DNA from: a virus
Taxonomy: Duplodnaviria; Caudoviricetes
Length of the DNA: 64,000 nt
IMG/VR virus record: IMGVR_UViG_3300020036_004254
Direction: 5' to 3' (one strand)
Positions 9,665 through 18,010 of this stretch are shown here, one piece after another (position 1 is the stretch's first letter; every line of letters starts with the position of its first letter). The notes below the pieces were generated by a model, which did no database searches, was not told the DNA's origin, and was given only the letters and a program-made list of their open reading frames with translations. The position numbers and the translations under genes were made by a program.

Positions 9665-10267
9665 ATGGGCTACAATGCAGGTTCAGATAGGGGCGGAAAA
9701 ATCATTCACGATAGGATGATTGAGCGCATCAAAGAATATGATAAAACCCCGAAGAAATGTAAGGGGTGTGGGTATTCTATAGAATACAAAAAGAGACGGA
9801 ATGATTATTGCTCACATTCTTGTGCCGCTTCTATAACCAACCTCGGAAACAAGAAGTGGGGTGTTTCTCCGGGTAAATGTTGTATATGCGAAAAGAAGGC
9901 GAAAAGAAATTCGTTAACCTGTAGTGATGAATGTAGAAAACAAAGACACTTTGAGGAAAAAAGACTCCCACTGTTTAGGTCTGGTGGAATACATAAAAAT
10001 CGTTCTCTCAAAAAATGTCTTGTATATCTGCATGGGAATTTTTGCACAATATGTGGGTGTGGCGGAAGGCACTATGGGAAAATCTTGGTGTTGCAGATAG
10101 ACCACATAGACGGGAATTCTGATAACAATTTGCCAGACAATCTGCGTCTTTTGTGTCCAAATTGTCACTCTCAAACAGACACGTTTTGCTCTAAAGGCAA
10201 GACACACAAAGAGACAAAAAGAAATAGCTACAACCGAAAACGTAAAGTATCAACTATGGCCACGTAG
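9665..10267 (+). CDS. HNH homing endonuclease
   Basis: LQIDHIDG..DNN...NLRLLCPNCH; N-terminal Cys clusters; TATAAATA at 9628. Confidence 0.9.
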   Translation: MGYNAGSDRGGKIIHDRMIERIKEYDKTPKKCKGCGYSIEYKKRRNDYCSHSCAASITNLGNKKWGVSPGKCCICEKKAKRNSLTCSDECRKQRHFEEKRLPLFRSGGIHKNRSLKKCLVYLHGNFCTICGCGGRHYGKILVLQIDHIDGNSDNNLPDNLRLLCPNCHSQTDTFCSKGKTHKETKRNSYNRKRKVSTMAT

Positions 10268-10330
10268 CACAACTGATGGTGCGTTCCGCTCTGGACGGAA
10301 AGGTTGGGAGTTTGAATCTCTCCGTGGCTA
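10258..10330 (+). tRNA. tRNA-Gln(CTG)
   Basis: TTCCG-CT-CTG-GA-CGGAA. Confidence 0.85.
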
Positions 10331-10350
10331 CTTATCATTATGGAGGGTTT

Positions 10351-10620
10351 GTGAGATATAACAACGTGAATTTGATTCCTGTTCCATATAAGGAAATAGA
10401 AGCTTTAAATCTTATGGAAGAATGTTTAACCGATAATGGTGGTGTTGTCTCTGCACAACACATGCATGATATTCTAGAAGAATGGGTTATGGATTCAATG
10501 AGCAGTGAATATACCGAAGATGCTCTTATTGACGACCTGTTTATTTGTTTGTCGTGGATTCACGAGAATGCTCCGTACAAGAATGATGTGTTGTGTTACG
10601 TTCATCATATCTTTTTATGA
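10351..10620 (+). CDS. hypothetical protein
   Basis: GTG start after GGAGG. Confidence 0.55.
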   Translation: MRYNNVNLIPVPYKEIEALNLMEECLTDNGGVVSAQHMHDILEEWVMDSMSSEYTEDALIDDLFICLSWIHENAPYKNDVLCYVHHIFL

Positions 10621-10850
10621 TTACTGACCCATTTGGGAAGCCCCTTGACATCGGGACGCGAGTCGCGTATAATCTGAGTGGTCAGGTGTGCATTGGGGTC
10701 ATCACCAAGATTCGGAACGTCAAAGATGGGTGGTGTGGTAATAAGCGGTACGTGGTTGAGGTGGACCGAGAGAGCAAGTTTATTCACGGGTTGGATAGCA
10801 GAATATCAAAACATTCAAAAGTGAAGTTTGAAAATGTTTGTGTGATTTGA
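10617..10850 (+). CDS. hypothetical protein (KOW-like)
   Basis: D.FG..L.IG.RV pattern; ATGA overlap. Confidence 0.55.
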   Translation: MITDPFGKPLDIGTRVAYNLSGQVCIGVITKIRNVKDGWCGNKRYVVEVDRESKFIHGLDSRISKHSKVKFENVCVI

Positions 10851-10908
10851 GTAACTGGAAAACGTAAGTTGTATAAATACCTGTGTCTACCATTTAAGGA
10901 GAACAGGT

Positions 10909-11586
10909 ATGTCGGGACCGAGAGAAGCATCACCAATTGAAACAGAAGAACTATGCTCTTACGGGTGTGGTGAACAAGCAAAATACGTCTCAGTAAAGGG
11001 TGTGTTCATTTGCTCAAACTTTTCAACTCGCTGTGTAGCAGTTCGTAAGAAAAACAAAGATGGGTTGAAGAAGAGTTATGTTTCTGGGAAAGTTGACGCT
11101 AAGAAAAAGTATCAAAACTACACAGAAGATGCTAAAAAGAGAATGGTGTGGTCGAAAGGAAAAACAATCATTTCCGATGAGAGACTGGGTCGTATATCTA
11201 TAGACCGAATTTTTTGTCCAAACTCACATGCCTCTTCCTCTTACGTGAGAAAGTTGGTCAAGCAAGAAAGACTCATTGAATATCGTTGTTCTTGCGGTTT
11301 GGTGGATACATGGGAAAATGATTCTCTATCATTGCAGTTAGACCACATTGATGGCGATAGGTCAAACAATCTCCTTTCAAATCTTCGGTGGTTGTGTCCA
11401 AACTGCCACAGTCAAACACCAACGTTCGCTGGCAAAAATTCAGGTAAACACAAAAAGTACGTCTCAGACGATGAGTTGAAAGAGGCGATGCAGAATACAC
11501 CATCGATACGTCAAGCTTTACTTAGAGTAGGATTGAGAGCAGATAGCGGTAATTATCAAAGAGCTTACAAATTAACGCCTTGGTAG
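10909..11586 (+). CDS. HNH homing endonuclease
   Basis: LQLDHIDGD.SNN..SNLRWLCPNCH; TATAAATA at 10872. Confidence 0.9.
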   Translation: MSGPREASPIETEELCSYGCGEQAKYVSVKGVFICSNFSTRCVAVRKKNKDGLKKSYVSGKVDAKKKYQNYTEDAKKRMVWSKGKTIISDERLGRISIDRIFCPNSHASSSYVRKLVKQERLIEYRCSCGLVDTWENDSLSLQLDHIDGDRSNNLLSNLRWLCPNCHSQTPTFAGKNSGKHKKYVSDDELKEAMQNTPSIRQALLRVGLRADSGNYQRAYKLTPW

Positions 11587-11664
11587 CAGAATTGGTTTAT
11601 GCACCGGATTCAAAACCCGGAGTGGCCAAAAGCCCACCTGTGGGTTCGACTCCCACCCAAGGCA
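11577..11664 (+). tRNA. tRNA-Leu(CAA)
   Basis: CCGGA-TT-CAA-AA-CCCGG; long variable arm. Confidence 0.9.
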
Positions 11665-11712
11665 CTTGTGTTGGTGGGTTAATCCATCATAGAAAATCAG
11701 TAGAAATAACTG

Positions 11713-12075
11713 ATGTCCAGAGATTATATCAACGGGGTAAGGAGTCACCAACACATTTACTTTATGAGGAGGAACATTGTGAAAAAGAAAAAGACAAGTC
11801 CACTTCAGTTCATTGAGTACACCGAAGATAGTTCTTGCATGAGTTGTTCTGGGTGTGCGAAACGGGTTCTCAAGGGGTCATTGTACATCGGTGGTAATCT
11901 TTCTGGGTCTGGCTCCAAACCGTTCCTGATTCTGTGCCCCGAGTGTCAGGTGGTGTTGCACAAGTTTTTCGTAGACCGAGAAACTGAAATGAGTATTCGT
12001 GTGTTTGCACAGTTAATGGAAACACAGAACAAAAATGCTGTTGATGTGGCACGACAACAGCGAGGGGTGTTGTAA
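11713..12075 (+). CDS. hypothetical Zn-finger protein
   Basis: CxxC...CxxC; true start may be further downstream. Confidence 0.5.
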   Translation: MSRDYINGVRSHQHIYFMRRNIVKKKKTSPLQFIEYTEDSSCMSCSGCAKRVLKGSLYIGGNLSGSGSKPFLILCPECQVVLHKFFVDRETEMSIRVFAQLMETQNKNAVDVARQQRGVL

Positions 12076-12081
12076 GAATAC

Positions 12082-12155
12082 GCCGTCATAGCTCAACTGG
12101 ATAGAGCGCAACGCTACGGACGTTGAGGTTGGGGGTTCGACTCCCTCTGGTGGCA
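12082..12155 (+). tRNA. tRNA-Arg(ACG)
   Basis: CAACG-CT-ACG-GA-CGTTG. Confidence 0.93.
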
Positions 12156-12222
12156 TTGTGTTGGTGAAAAAGATGAGAGAAGTTTACTCGTCCGTCCCCG
12201 TCGCTGACACACAAAAGAATAG

Positions 12223-12296
12223 GTCGCCATGGTTTAAGTGGACAGGGCACATCACCACGAATGATGAGATTGGGGGTTCAAGTCCCTCTGGCGACA
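12223..12296 (+). tRNA. tRNA-Arg(ACG), atypical (C33, weak D stem)
   Basis: GTCGCCA/TGGCGAC acceptor; CATCA-CC-ACG-AA-TGATG. Confidence 0.75.
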
Positions 12297-12304
12297 TGTA
12301 GTAA

Positions 12305-12377
12305 CAGGAGTATGCCGAACGGGTTGAGGCACTAGTTTGTGGCACTAGGGTATAGGGTTCAAGCCCCTAACTCCTGA
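12305..12377 (+). tRNA. tRNA-His(GTG)
   Basis: CAGGAGT/ACTCCTG acceptor; CTAGT-TT-GTG-GC-ACTAG. Confidence 0.8.
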
Positions 12378-12385
12378 TTTTAACA

Positions 12386-12856
12386 ATGGAGAGGATGATG
12401 AGAGGTATTCAGTTGCACGTAATGAGCAGAGAAGAGGCTGAAGCATATGTTCCCGGAGAAGAGGAAGTCTGTATTTCGATTTCTTCGTTTAACCCAGACC
12501 ATCCATATCCAATGGATTCGGCTCGTCCAGCCAAGCTCAGTGACAAGTTTGATGATGTGTTGCGTATGGTGTTTGATGACATTCAACCAGACTTCTGTGA
12601 GCCGCATAAACAGTGTGTTGACAGCGGGCAGATGAAGGGTTATACTGAAGAGGACGCAGAGAAGGTGGCTGAGTTTATTCGGAAACACATCAACACAAAG
12701 AAAAAGCTAGTGATTCATTGCTACATGGGTATTAGTCGGTCCAGAAGCATCGCCGCCGCTACTGCCCAAGCGTTTTTCATGAAACAAAAGTTTGACATTT
12801 ACAACGTACAAGTGTTTAACAAAACGTTTGAGAAATTGATTTGGTTAGGAGAATAA
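12386..12856 (+). CDS. protein-tyrosine/dual-specificity phosphatase-like
   Basis: HCxxGxSRS P-loop; F.DI and ISI motifs. Confidence 0.85.
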   Translation: MERMMRGIQLHVMSREEAEAYVPGEEEVCISISSFNPDHPYPMDSARPAKLSDKFDDVLRMVFDDIQPDFCEPHKQCVDSGQMKGYTEEDAEKVAEFIRKHINTKKKLVIHCYMGISRSRSIAAATAQAFFMKQKFDIYNVQVFNKTFEKLIWLGE

Positions 12857-12857
12857 A

Positions 12858-12952
12858 TGTTTATTGGTTTAACTTGCCTTCCACAAACACAGTGAGGGTG
12901 ACAACAACGTAAGGTAGGAAGATATGTGGTTAGGGCTTCCCGCCAATGAACA
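12858..12952 (+). ncRNA. putative small structured RNA
   Basis: 10-bp closing helix TGTTTATTGG/CCAATGAACA ending 4 nt before tRNA-Pro. Confidence 0.45.
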
Positions 12953-12956
12953 ATAT

Positions 12957-13030
12957 CTGGGTGTAGCGTAGCTTGGTATCGCGCCTGCTTTGGGAGCAGG
13001 AGGTCGGGGGTTCAAATCCCTCCATCCAGA
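12957..13030 (+). tRNA. tRNA-Pro(TGG)
   Basis: CCTGC-TT-TGG-GA-GCAGG. Confidence 0.95.
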
Positions 13031-13620
13031 CTTGTAGAAAGACGGTTTCTCAAATCGTTGAGTTTATTTCGATACACCTTCCTCACTGTTCTGCCAGACC
13101 CCTTGTTTGCACCAGAGTAGGTTTTTGTTTGTGTGTGACAGTTTGGACACAAGAGTCTTAGATTTTTTGGGTTGTTGTTATCTGAGTTTCCATCGATGTG
13201 GTCAACTTGAAGTACAAGAGGTAGGTTATTGTAGACTACACCAACCCCACAAGCAACACAGACATGTGGATTGGTGTACCACACACAACGCCGGATGAAC
13301 TTTTCGGTTTTCAGAGTTTCGGCTAAAAACTTCGGCATAAGTACATTCAACAAGTGGTGTGTTGATTTACATGATGGTGAACAAAACTTAGACTTTGAGG
13401 TGTAGGTTTCATAAGATGTGTCACACACCAAACAATTGTGAGAATATCGATAGTTGTACCCTCGGCCCTTTTTCTTCTCTCTTTTTTGTGGTATCTCTTT
13501 TCGTTTTCTCTTTGGTGTAAGGGTGTTATTGAAACTTGCCGCACATGACCGAGAACAAAATAATGCTCTAGGGTCTTTTCGCTCAAATGTGGTTTCGCAA
13601 TACTTACAAGATTTTTTCAT
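13012..13620 (-). CDS. HNH homing endonuclease
   Basis: LQVDHIDGNSDNN..KNLRLLCPNCH; minus-strand TATAAATA at 13717-13710. Confidence 0.9.
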   Translation of the reverse strand: MKKSCKYCETTFERKDPRALFCSRSCAASFNNTLTPKRKRKEIPQKREKKKGRGYNYRYSHNCLVCDTSYETYTSKSKFCSPSCKSTHHLLNVLMPKFLAETLKTEKFIRRCVWYTNPHVCVACGVGVVYNNLPLVLQVDHIDGNSDNNNPKNLRLLCPNCHTQTKTYSGANKGSGRTVRKVYRNKLNDLRNRLSTSLDGGI

Positions 13621-13708
13621 GATAGTGTGACCGAGTTGGCTAAGGGGGCAGACTGCAAATCTGTTAAAAGTCCAAAAGACTGCGTGGGTTCGAATCCCAC
13701 CACTATCT
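13621..13708 (+). tRNA. tRNA-Cys(GCA) with long variable arm
   Basis: GATAGTG/CACTATC acceptor; GCAGA-CT-GCA-AA-TCTGT; U73. Confidence 0.85.
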
Positions 13709-13754
13709 CTATTTATACACGTTTAGGTTTCGAATCACATCATGGAGAAACGGC

Positions 13755-14159
13755 ATGGCAAAGAAAAAGGTTGAAGAGTTTATCGCAGAAACCACCCCGC
13801 GTCGGGTTTTAGATAAATCAGAAAATCTGTACAATTTTTCATGTAGCAACAAGATTTCTGACTATTTGGAGTATTTCAAGGGACTATTGGAAACTTACGG
13901 TTCGGATGCCAATGTCTATATCACCACAGACTATGATGGTTTTGTGGAGGCAGAAATCACTGTTTATCGTGATGAGACACCAGCCGAGATTGAACGACGG
14001 ATTGAGAAGTCCAAGAAAGCAAAAGAAAAGGCGGTGATTCAGAGGGCCAATAAAAAGCTCAAAGATGAAGAGAAACGCAAGAAGCAGGAAGCAGAGGAAA
14101 TCAACCTCTTGAAAAAGCTTCAAGAGAAGTACCAAGGGTACAAAATAGAGCAGGTATAA
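13755..14159 (+). CDS. hypothetical protein with charged coiled-coil C-terminus
   Basis: GGAG RBS; 134 aa. Confidence 0.7.
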   Translation: MAKKKVEEFIAETTPRRVLDKSENLYNFSCSNKISDYLEYFKGLLETYGSDANVYITTDYDGFVEAEITVYRDETPAEIERRIEKSKKAKEKAVIQRANKKLKDEEKRKKQEAEEINLLKKLQEKYQGYKIEQV

Positions 14160-14176
14160 CCAAGGGGGATATTACC

Positions 14177-14665
14177 GTGTTGCACATGGATATGCAGGAA
14201 GTCGAGGATTTTGTGAAAACTCAGGGGCCTGACACCAAGTACTACTTGGGTTCTGACTCGTGTCGTTTTCGAAAGGGTGGGTTGTGGTACGCCGAGTACA
14301 CCCTGTGCCTCGTGGTGCATATGAACGGTCGCAACGGGTGTCGTGTCTTTGGTAAATCTTTTGTGGAGAGGGATTATGACCAAAAGAAAAACCGTCCCGC
14401 CATGCGGTTGATGAACGAGGTCACCAAGTTGGCTGAATTCTTCCACAGTTTGGAAGACTTGTTGAAAGATAAGTACGTGGAGTTGCACATTGACATCAAC
14501 AAGAAGAAGGAGCATGGGTCTTCGTGTATCGTGGAAGAGGCCATGGGATTCTTGCGGGGGTCGTGCAACGTGGACTTGGTGGCGTGTAAGCCCTACAGCC
14601 CAGCGGCAAGTTTCTGTGCAGACCGCTTGACCGAGATTCTTGCACCTCAGACCGTCAGTGTCTAA
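14177..14665 (+). CDS. RNase H-like YkuK (DUF458) family protein
   Basis: G.DS, RL..EV, E.HIDIN, KP.S.AAS..AD. Confidence 0.8.
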   Translation: MLHMDMQEVEDFVKTQGPDTKYYLGSDSCRFRKGGLWYAEYTLCLVVHMNGRNGCRVFGKSFVERDYDQKKNRPAMRLMNEVTKLAEFFHSLEDLLKDKYVELHIDINKKKEHGSSCIVEEAMGFLRGSCNVDLVACKPYSPAASFCADRLTEILAPQTVSV

Positions 14666-14670
14666 AAACG

Positions 14671-14713
14671 GGGGTGGCAATAGTATAACACTATGCTATA
14701 CTATTGCCACCCC
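14671..14713. repeat. perfect 17-bp inverted repeat abutting a TTGACA promoter
   Basis: GGGGTGGCAATAGTATA ... TATACTATTGCCACCCC-TTGACA. Confidence 0.8.
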
Positions 14714-15413
14714 TTGACAGTTGTCATCACTTGTAGTACATTACCTCATACCCTTTTGGAGAAATACAAGCGTGGAAAATCGTTGGGAACATTTGGACGA
14801 AGAATATGCAGACGAGAAGCCTTTTGTGAAGATTCGCACGGGGCAACGGAGCCACGAAGAGCCGTTCATCGAAAAGCCGACCAAGGCACAGAAGAAAGGC
14901 CGCAAGCTGGCACGACAGATGAAAGAGTTTCGTTCACCATCCCCCCGAGAGGATGTTGATGATTAGCATTACACCGACGGTTGGACCAGTTGAAATGCTT
15001 TCAGAAAAGACGAACGGTATACATCCCGGGGTTTCAAACACCTACGTAAGGCGTTTACGCCGCACCTACATCAGTGCGTGTAAATGTGGCAGTCCCGGTT
15101 CACAGTACGTACACACCTGTCCTCATTCAATGGATATCCATGACAGTAGAACGACTTGTAACTGTTGTGACCAGTGCATTCAAAACTGTTCGGATGATAT
15201 CTAACCATGGGTAGAAAAATCATGGTGGATGCTGATGCTCTGATTATACGAGTCAACCAGCTTATCAATTTATCTTTCAAACAAGGTTGGTATTCCAATT
15301 CTCTTCTGAGTTCGTCTAAGGCAGAAGTTATCAAAGAAAAGTTGGATAAACTGTGTCAAGAATTTCGAGACGAAGTTGCAAACAAACCCACATTAGGAAC
15401 ATAGGAGAATACA

Positions 15414-16097
15414 ATGATTACAGAAGCCGTGAAGTATGGTGTGCGTCCTCATCGCAGGGTGGTGGAGAATACCAACCATTGTGAAATCGTGGTGGTCTTG
15501 GACCGCTCCGGGTCAATGTCCACCATCGCCAATGAAATGAAGGGCGGGTTTGATGCCATGGTTAATGAACAGCGCAACGGGGTTGGAACGTGTAACCTGA
15601 CGCTTGTGCAGTTTGATTCAGAGGAAATTGAAACGGTATACACCGCCAAGCCGATTGCCGAGGTTCCCCCGCTTCAGTTTATCCCGCGTGGCCTGACTCC
15701 GTTGCTGGACGCCTTTGGGAAGGCGTTGGCAGATACACAGGCCCGTGTGACCGACAAGAATACCCGCGTTTTCTTCATGGTCATCACCGACGGACAGGAG
15801 AATGTTAGTTCTGAGTGGACTCGTGAGAAAATCAAGGCTCTTGTTGAAGAGCGCACAAAGGACGGGTGGGTGTTCCAGTTCCTTGGGGCCAACATCGATT
15901 CCTTCGCGGAAGCTGGTGGACTTGGTATTGCGGCTAACACCACAATGAATTATGGCACAACGTCAAAGGGTGTGAGTGCCGTGTACGGTATCACCTCAAA
16001 TAAGTTGGCCAACTTCCGTTCAGCCCGTACTCTTGGAGAAGCGGTGGGTTCAATGTCCTTTACTACTGAGGAACGAGAAGCCGCCAAGGGTGAGTAG
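15414..16097 (+). CDS. von Willebrand factor A domain protein
   Basis: LDRSGSM MIDAS, T.LLDA.G, ITDGQEN, FLGAN. Confidence 0.9.
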   Translation: MITEAVKYGVRPHRRVVENTNHCEIVVVLDRSGSMSTIANEMKGGFDAMVNEQRNGVGTCNLTLVQFDSEEIETVYTAKPIAEVPPLQFIPRGLTPLLDAFGKALADTQARVTDKNTRVFFMVITDGQENVSSEWTREKIKALVEERTKDGWVFQFLGANIDSFAEAGGLGIAANTTMNYGTTSKGVSAVYGITSNKLANFRSARTLGEAVGSMSFTTEEREAAKGE

Positions 16098-16607
16098 TTA
16101 GATACGGCCCCATGTGCGGGAGTTTCTTCCCCATGACCAACCGGGGGGCAAGGTAAAATCGGGCATTTTCCGATGTTCCTTGCCCTCTGTGTCTACACAC
16201 CACTTGATACCTATCTTTTTGAGAGATAACAAATATTTTGTAGACGGTTTTCTTTTCTTTCCCAACTTTCCGAAATTAGGATTGAGCGACCCTACTCTGG
16301 TGCCTTTCATGGTTTGACTAATCTTTTTCTTGGTCGCTTCGCTTTTCTTCCAGTAGTTGGACCGAGACGCCAAGAGTTTTTTCCACGCCGAGGTTTTAGC
16401 TTTCGTTTCTGGTGATGTTCCGGTGTATTTACTTTTCACACGGTCTGTGACGGGTTTGGTGCTGTGCCATTTTCCAACCCAGCGACGACAGTCTTGGATA
16501 GTATTAAATGACCGCAACATTTCCAAGGTGAAATCGGAAAGTTCGCGCTGTGTTTTGGAATCAATAATGATTTCCTGACCTTTTTGATACACAAAGAATT
16601 TTGCCAT
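16098..16607 (-). CDS. NUMOD3-repeat protein (homing-endonuclease-like)
   Basis: S.ETK.K.S repeats, NPNFGK, PPGW..GR; minus-strand ATAAATA at 16648-16642; no clear catalytic domain seen. Confidence 0.6.
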   Translation of the reverse strand: MAKFFVYQKGQEIIIDSKTQRELSDFTLEMLRSFNTIQDCRRWVGKWHSTKPVTDRVKSKYTGTSPETKAKTSAWKKLLASRSNYWKKSEATKKKISQTMKGTRVGSLNPNFGKLGKKRKPSTKYLLSLKKIGIKWCVDTEGKEHRKMPDFTLPPGWSWGRNSRTWGRI

Positions 16608-16660
16608 AAATATGTTGGGAAAGGGTTGGTTGACTCATCACTATTTATCTGGGGAAGAAC

Positions 16661-17068
16661 ATGGCCATTCAGTGGGTGGAACAACGTGGGGAAACGGATT
16701 GTGTGATTGCCTGTCTTGCAATGGTGACTGGGTTGCCGTATGATGTTGTTCTTGACGAGTTCTCGGCATATTGGGATATCTACCACGAGGAAGGGGTTGG
16801 GGATAACGCTTTCTATCAGTACCTTTCTGAAAAGGGATATCTTGTTCAAACTTTTAAGCGGGTGTACGAACCCACACAACACCCAAGAACACCGTGGCCA
16901 CCCGCACCATTCGCCCCTGTGCATGTCCTTGGGGTAGATTACTTGGGTGACGAACACGGAATTGTCATGGACGCCGACGGGATAGTGTTTGACCCGTACA
17001 ATGAGAAAAAGATTGGTGTCTACGATTACGAAACTGTATATGAAATTGTTGGCATCTGGAAAAAGTGA
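16661..17068 (+). CDS. peptidase C39-like cysteine protease fold
   Basis: Q....DC..ACLAM, H..V, FDP. Confidence 0.65.
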   Translation: MAIQWVEQRGETDCVIACLAMVTGLPYDVVLDEFSAYWDIYHEEGVGDNAFYQYLSEKGYLVQTFKRVYEPTQHPRTPWPPAPFAPVHVLGVDYLGDEHGIVMDADGIVFDPYNEKKIGVYDYETVYEIVGIWKK

Positions 17069-17119
17069 AAACGTAAACACAAACGAAAGTGAAAACGTAA
17101 ATACAAACGTTGAAAAGAG

Positions 17120-17398
17120 GTGTCTATGGATGGCCAAACGGAAATTGAATGCCCAAAGTGTCACGAAGGCTCACTCACTTGTGTTCACAAGACGCATGGG
17201 TTCTCATATGAGACAGAGTGGGGCACAGAGTGGGACTACGAAGAGTGGGTTGAGCTTCTTTCTCAATCCTGTGAGTGTGTATTTTCACACGAAGAACATA
17301 TAGAAATCTCCAACATGACGATAAATAAATTGGAACAACTATTTCGAGAGAATGTTACTGTACTAGATTCATTCGAAGATGGGGACGATGGGGTATAA
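17120..17398 (+). CDS. hypothetical Zn-binding protein
   Basis: CPKC...CEC. Confidence 0.55.
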   Translation: MSMDGQTEIECPKCHEGSLTCVHKTHGFSYETEWGTEWDYEEWVELLSQSCECVFSHEEHIEISNMTINKLEQLFRENVTVLDSFEDGDDGV

Positions 17399-17435
17399 GG
17401 GATTTCCTGATTTACGCATTATGGGATTTGGAACG

Positions 17436-17463
17436 GGCCATCTAATGAAGGGTGGCCTTTTTC
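17436..17463 (+). terminator. intrinsic terminator
   Basis: GGCCATCT/GGGTGGCC hairpin followed by a T-run. Confidence 0.6.
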
Positions 17464-17637
17464 GTTCCTGCCCTTGACAAATGAATACCCACCCCCTAGT
17501 ATTCCTTTCGTGAAGGCGACGAAGACAGATTCTCACACCCGACGAATCTCTGGTCCTCTACCCCTTGACAAACAATAGCAGGGTGGTTATCATTACCTTG
17601 CAAACGTGAAACACCAAACCCACTTTAGGAGGTACAC

Positions 17638-17910
17638 ATGTCGTTCAAGTCGCTTCAGGTCGTTCGTCTCACCGAGAAGGTCCGTAACACCAAGGGTCAT
17701 TTCGTCCCGGTTGGTTCCCGCGTGGTCGTGGTCAACCAGAAGGAGGATGTCGTGAAGGCTCGCTACGGCACTTCCAAGGCCGACTACCGCTACATTGAGG
17801 CCCCGGCCTCGGTCTTCGTCGCGTCGAAGCGCGGTCGTCCGCTTGGCAGTGGCAAGAAGAACTCCGAGAACGTCACGACCGTGACCGCTGGGGTTCCCGC
17901 CGAGGGCTAA
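17638..17910 (+). CDS. small basic protein with AT-hook-like KRGRP motif
   Basis: TTGACA-TATCAT promoter; AGGAGG RBS; strongly biased codons. Confidence 0.8.
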   Translation: MSFKSLQVVRLTEKVRNTKGHFVPVGSRVVVVNQKEDVVKARYGTSKADYRYIEAPASVFVASKRGRPLGSGKKNSENVTTVTAGVPAEG

Positions 17911-17918
17911 GAAAACAT

Positions 17919-18006
17919 GAGGGGTGTAGGGAGAGTTGGGAGTCGCGCTCCAACCAGTACCGATATGAGAAATCAATGGGGGTTCAAGTCCCTCCATCCC
18001 CCACCA
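17919..18006 (+). ncRNA. tRNA-like RNA with encoded CCA and no canonical anticodon arm
   Basis: T-arm GGGGG-TTCAAGT-CCCTC; acceptor-like stem; ACCA end. Confidence 0.6.
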
Positions 18007-18010
18007 GTTT

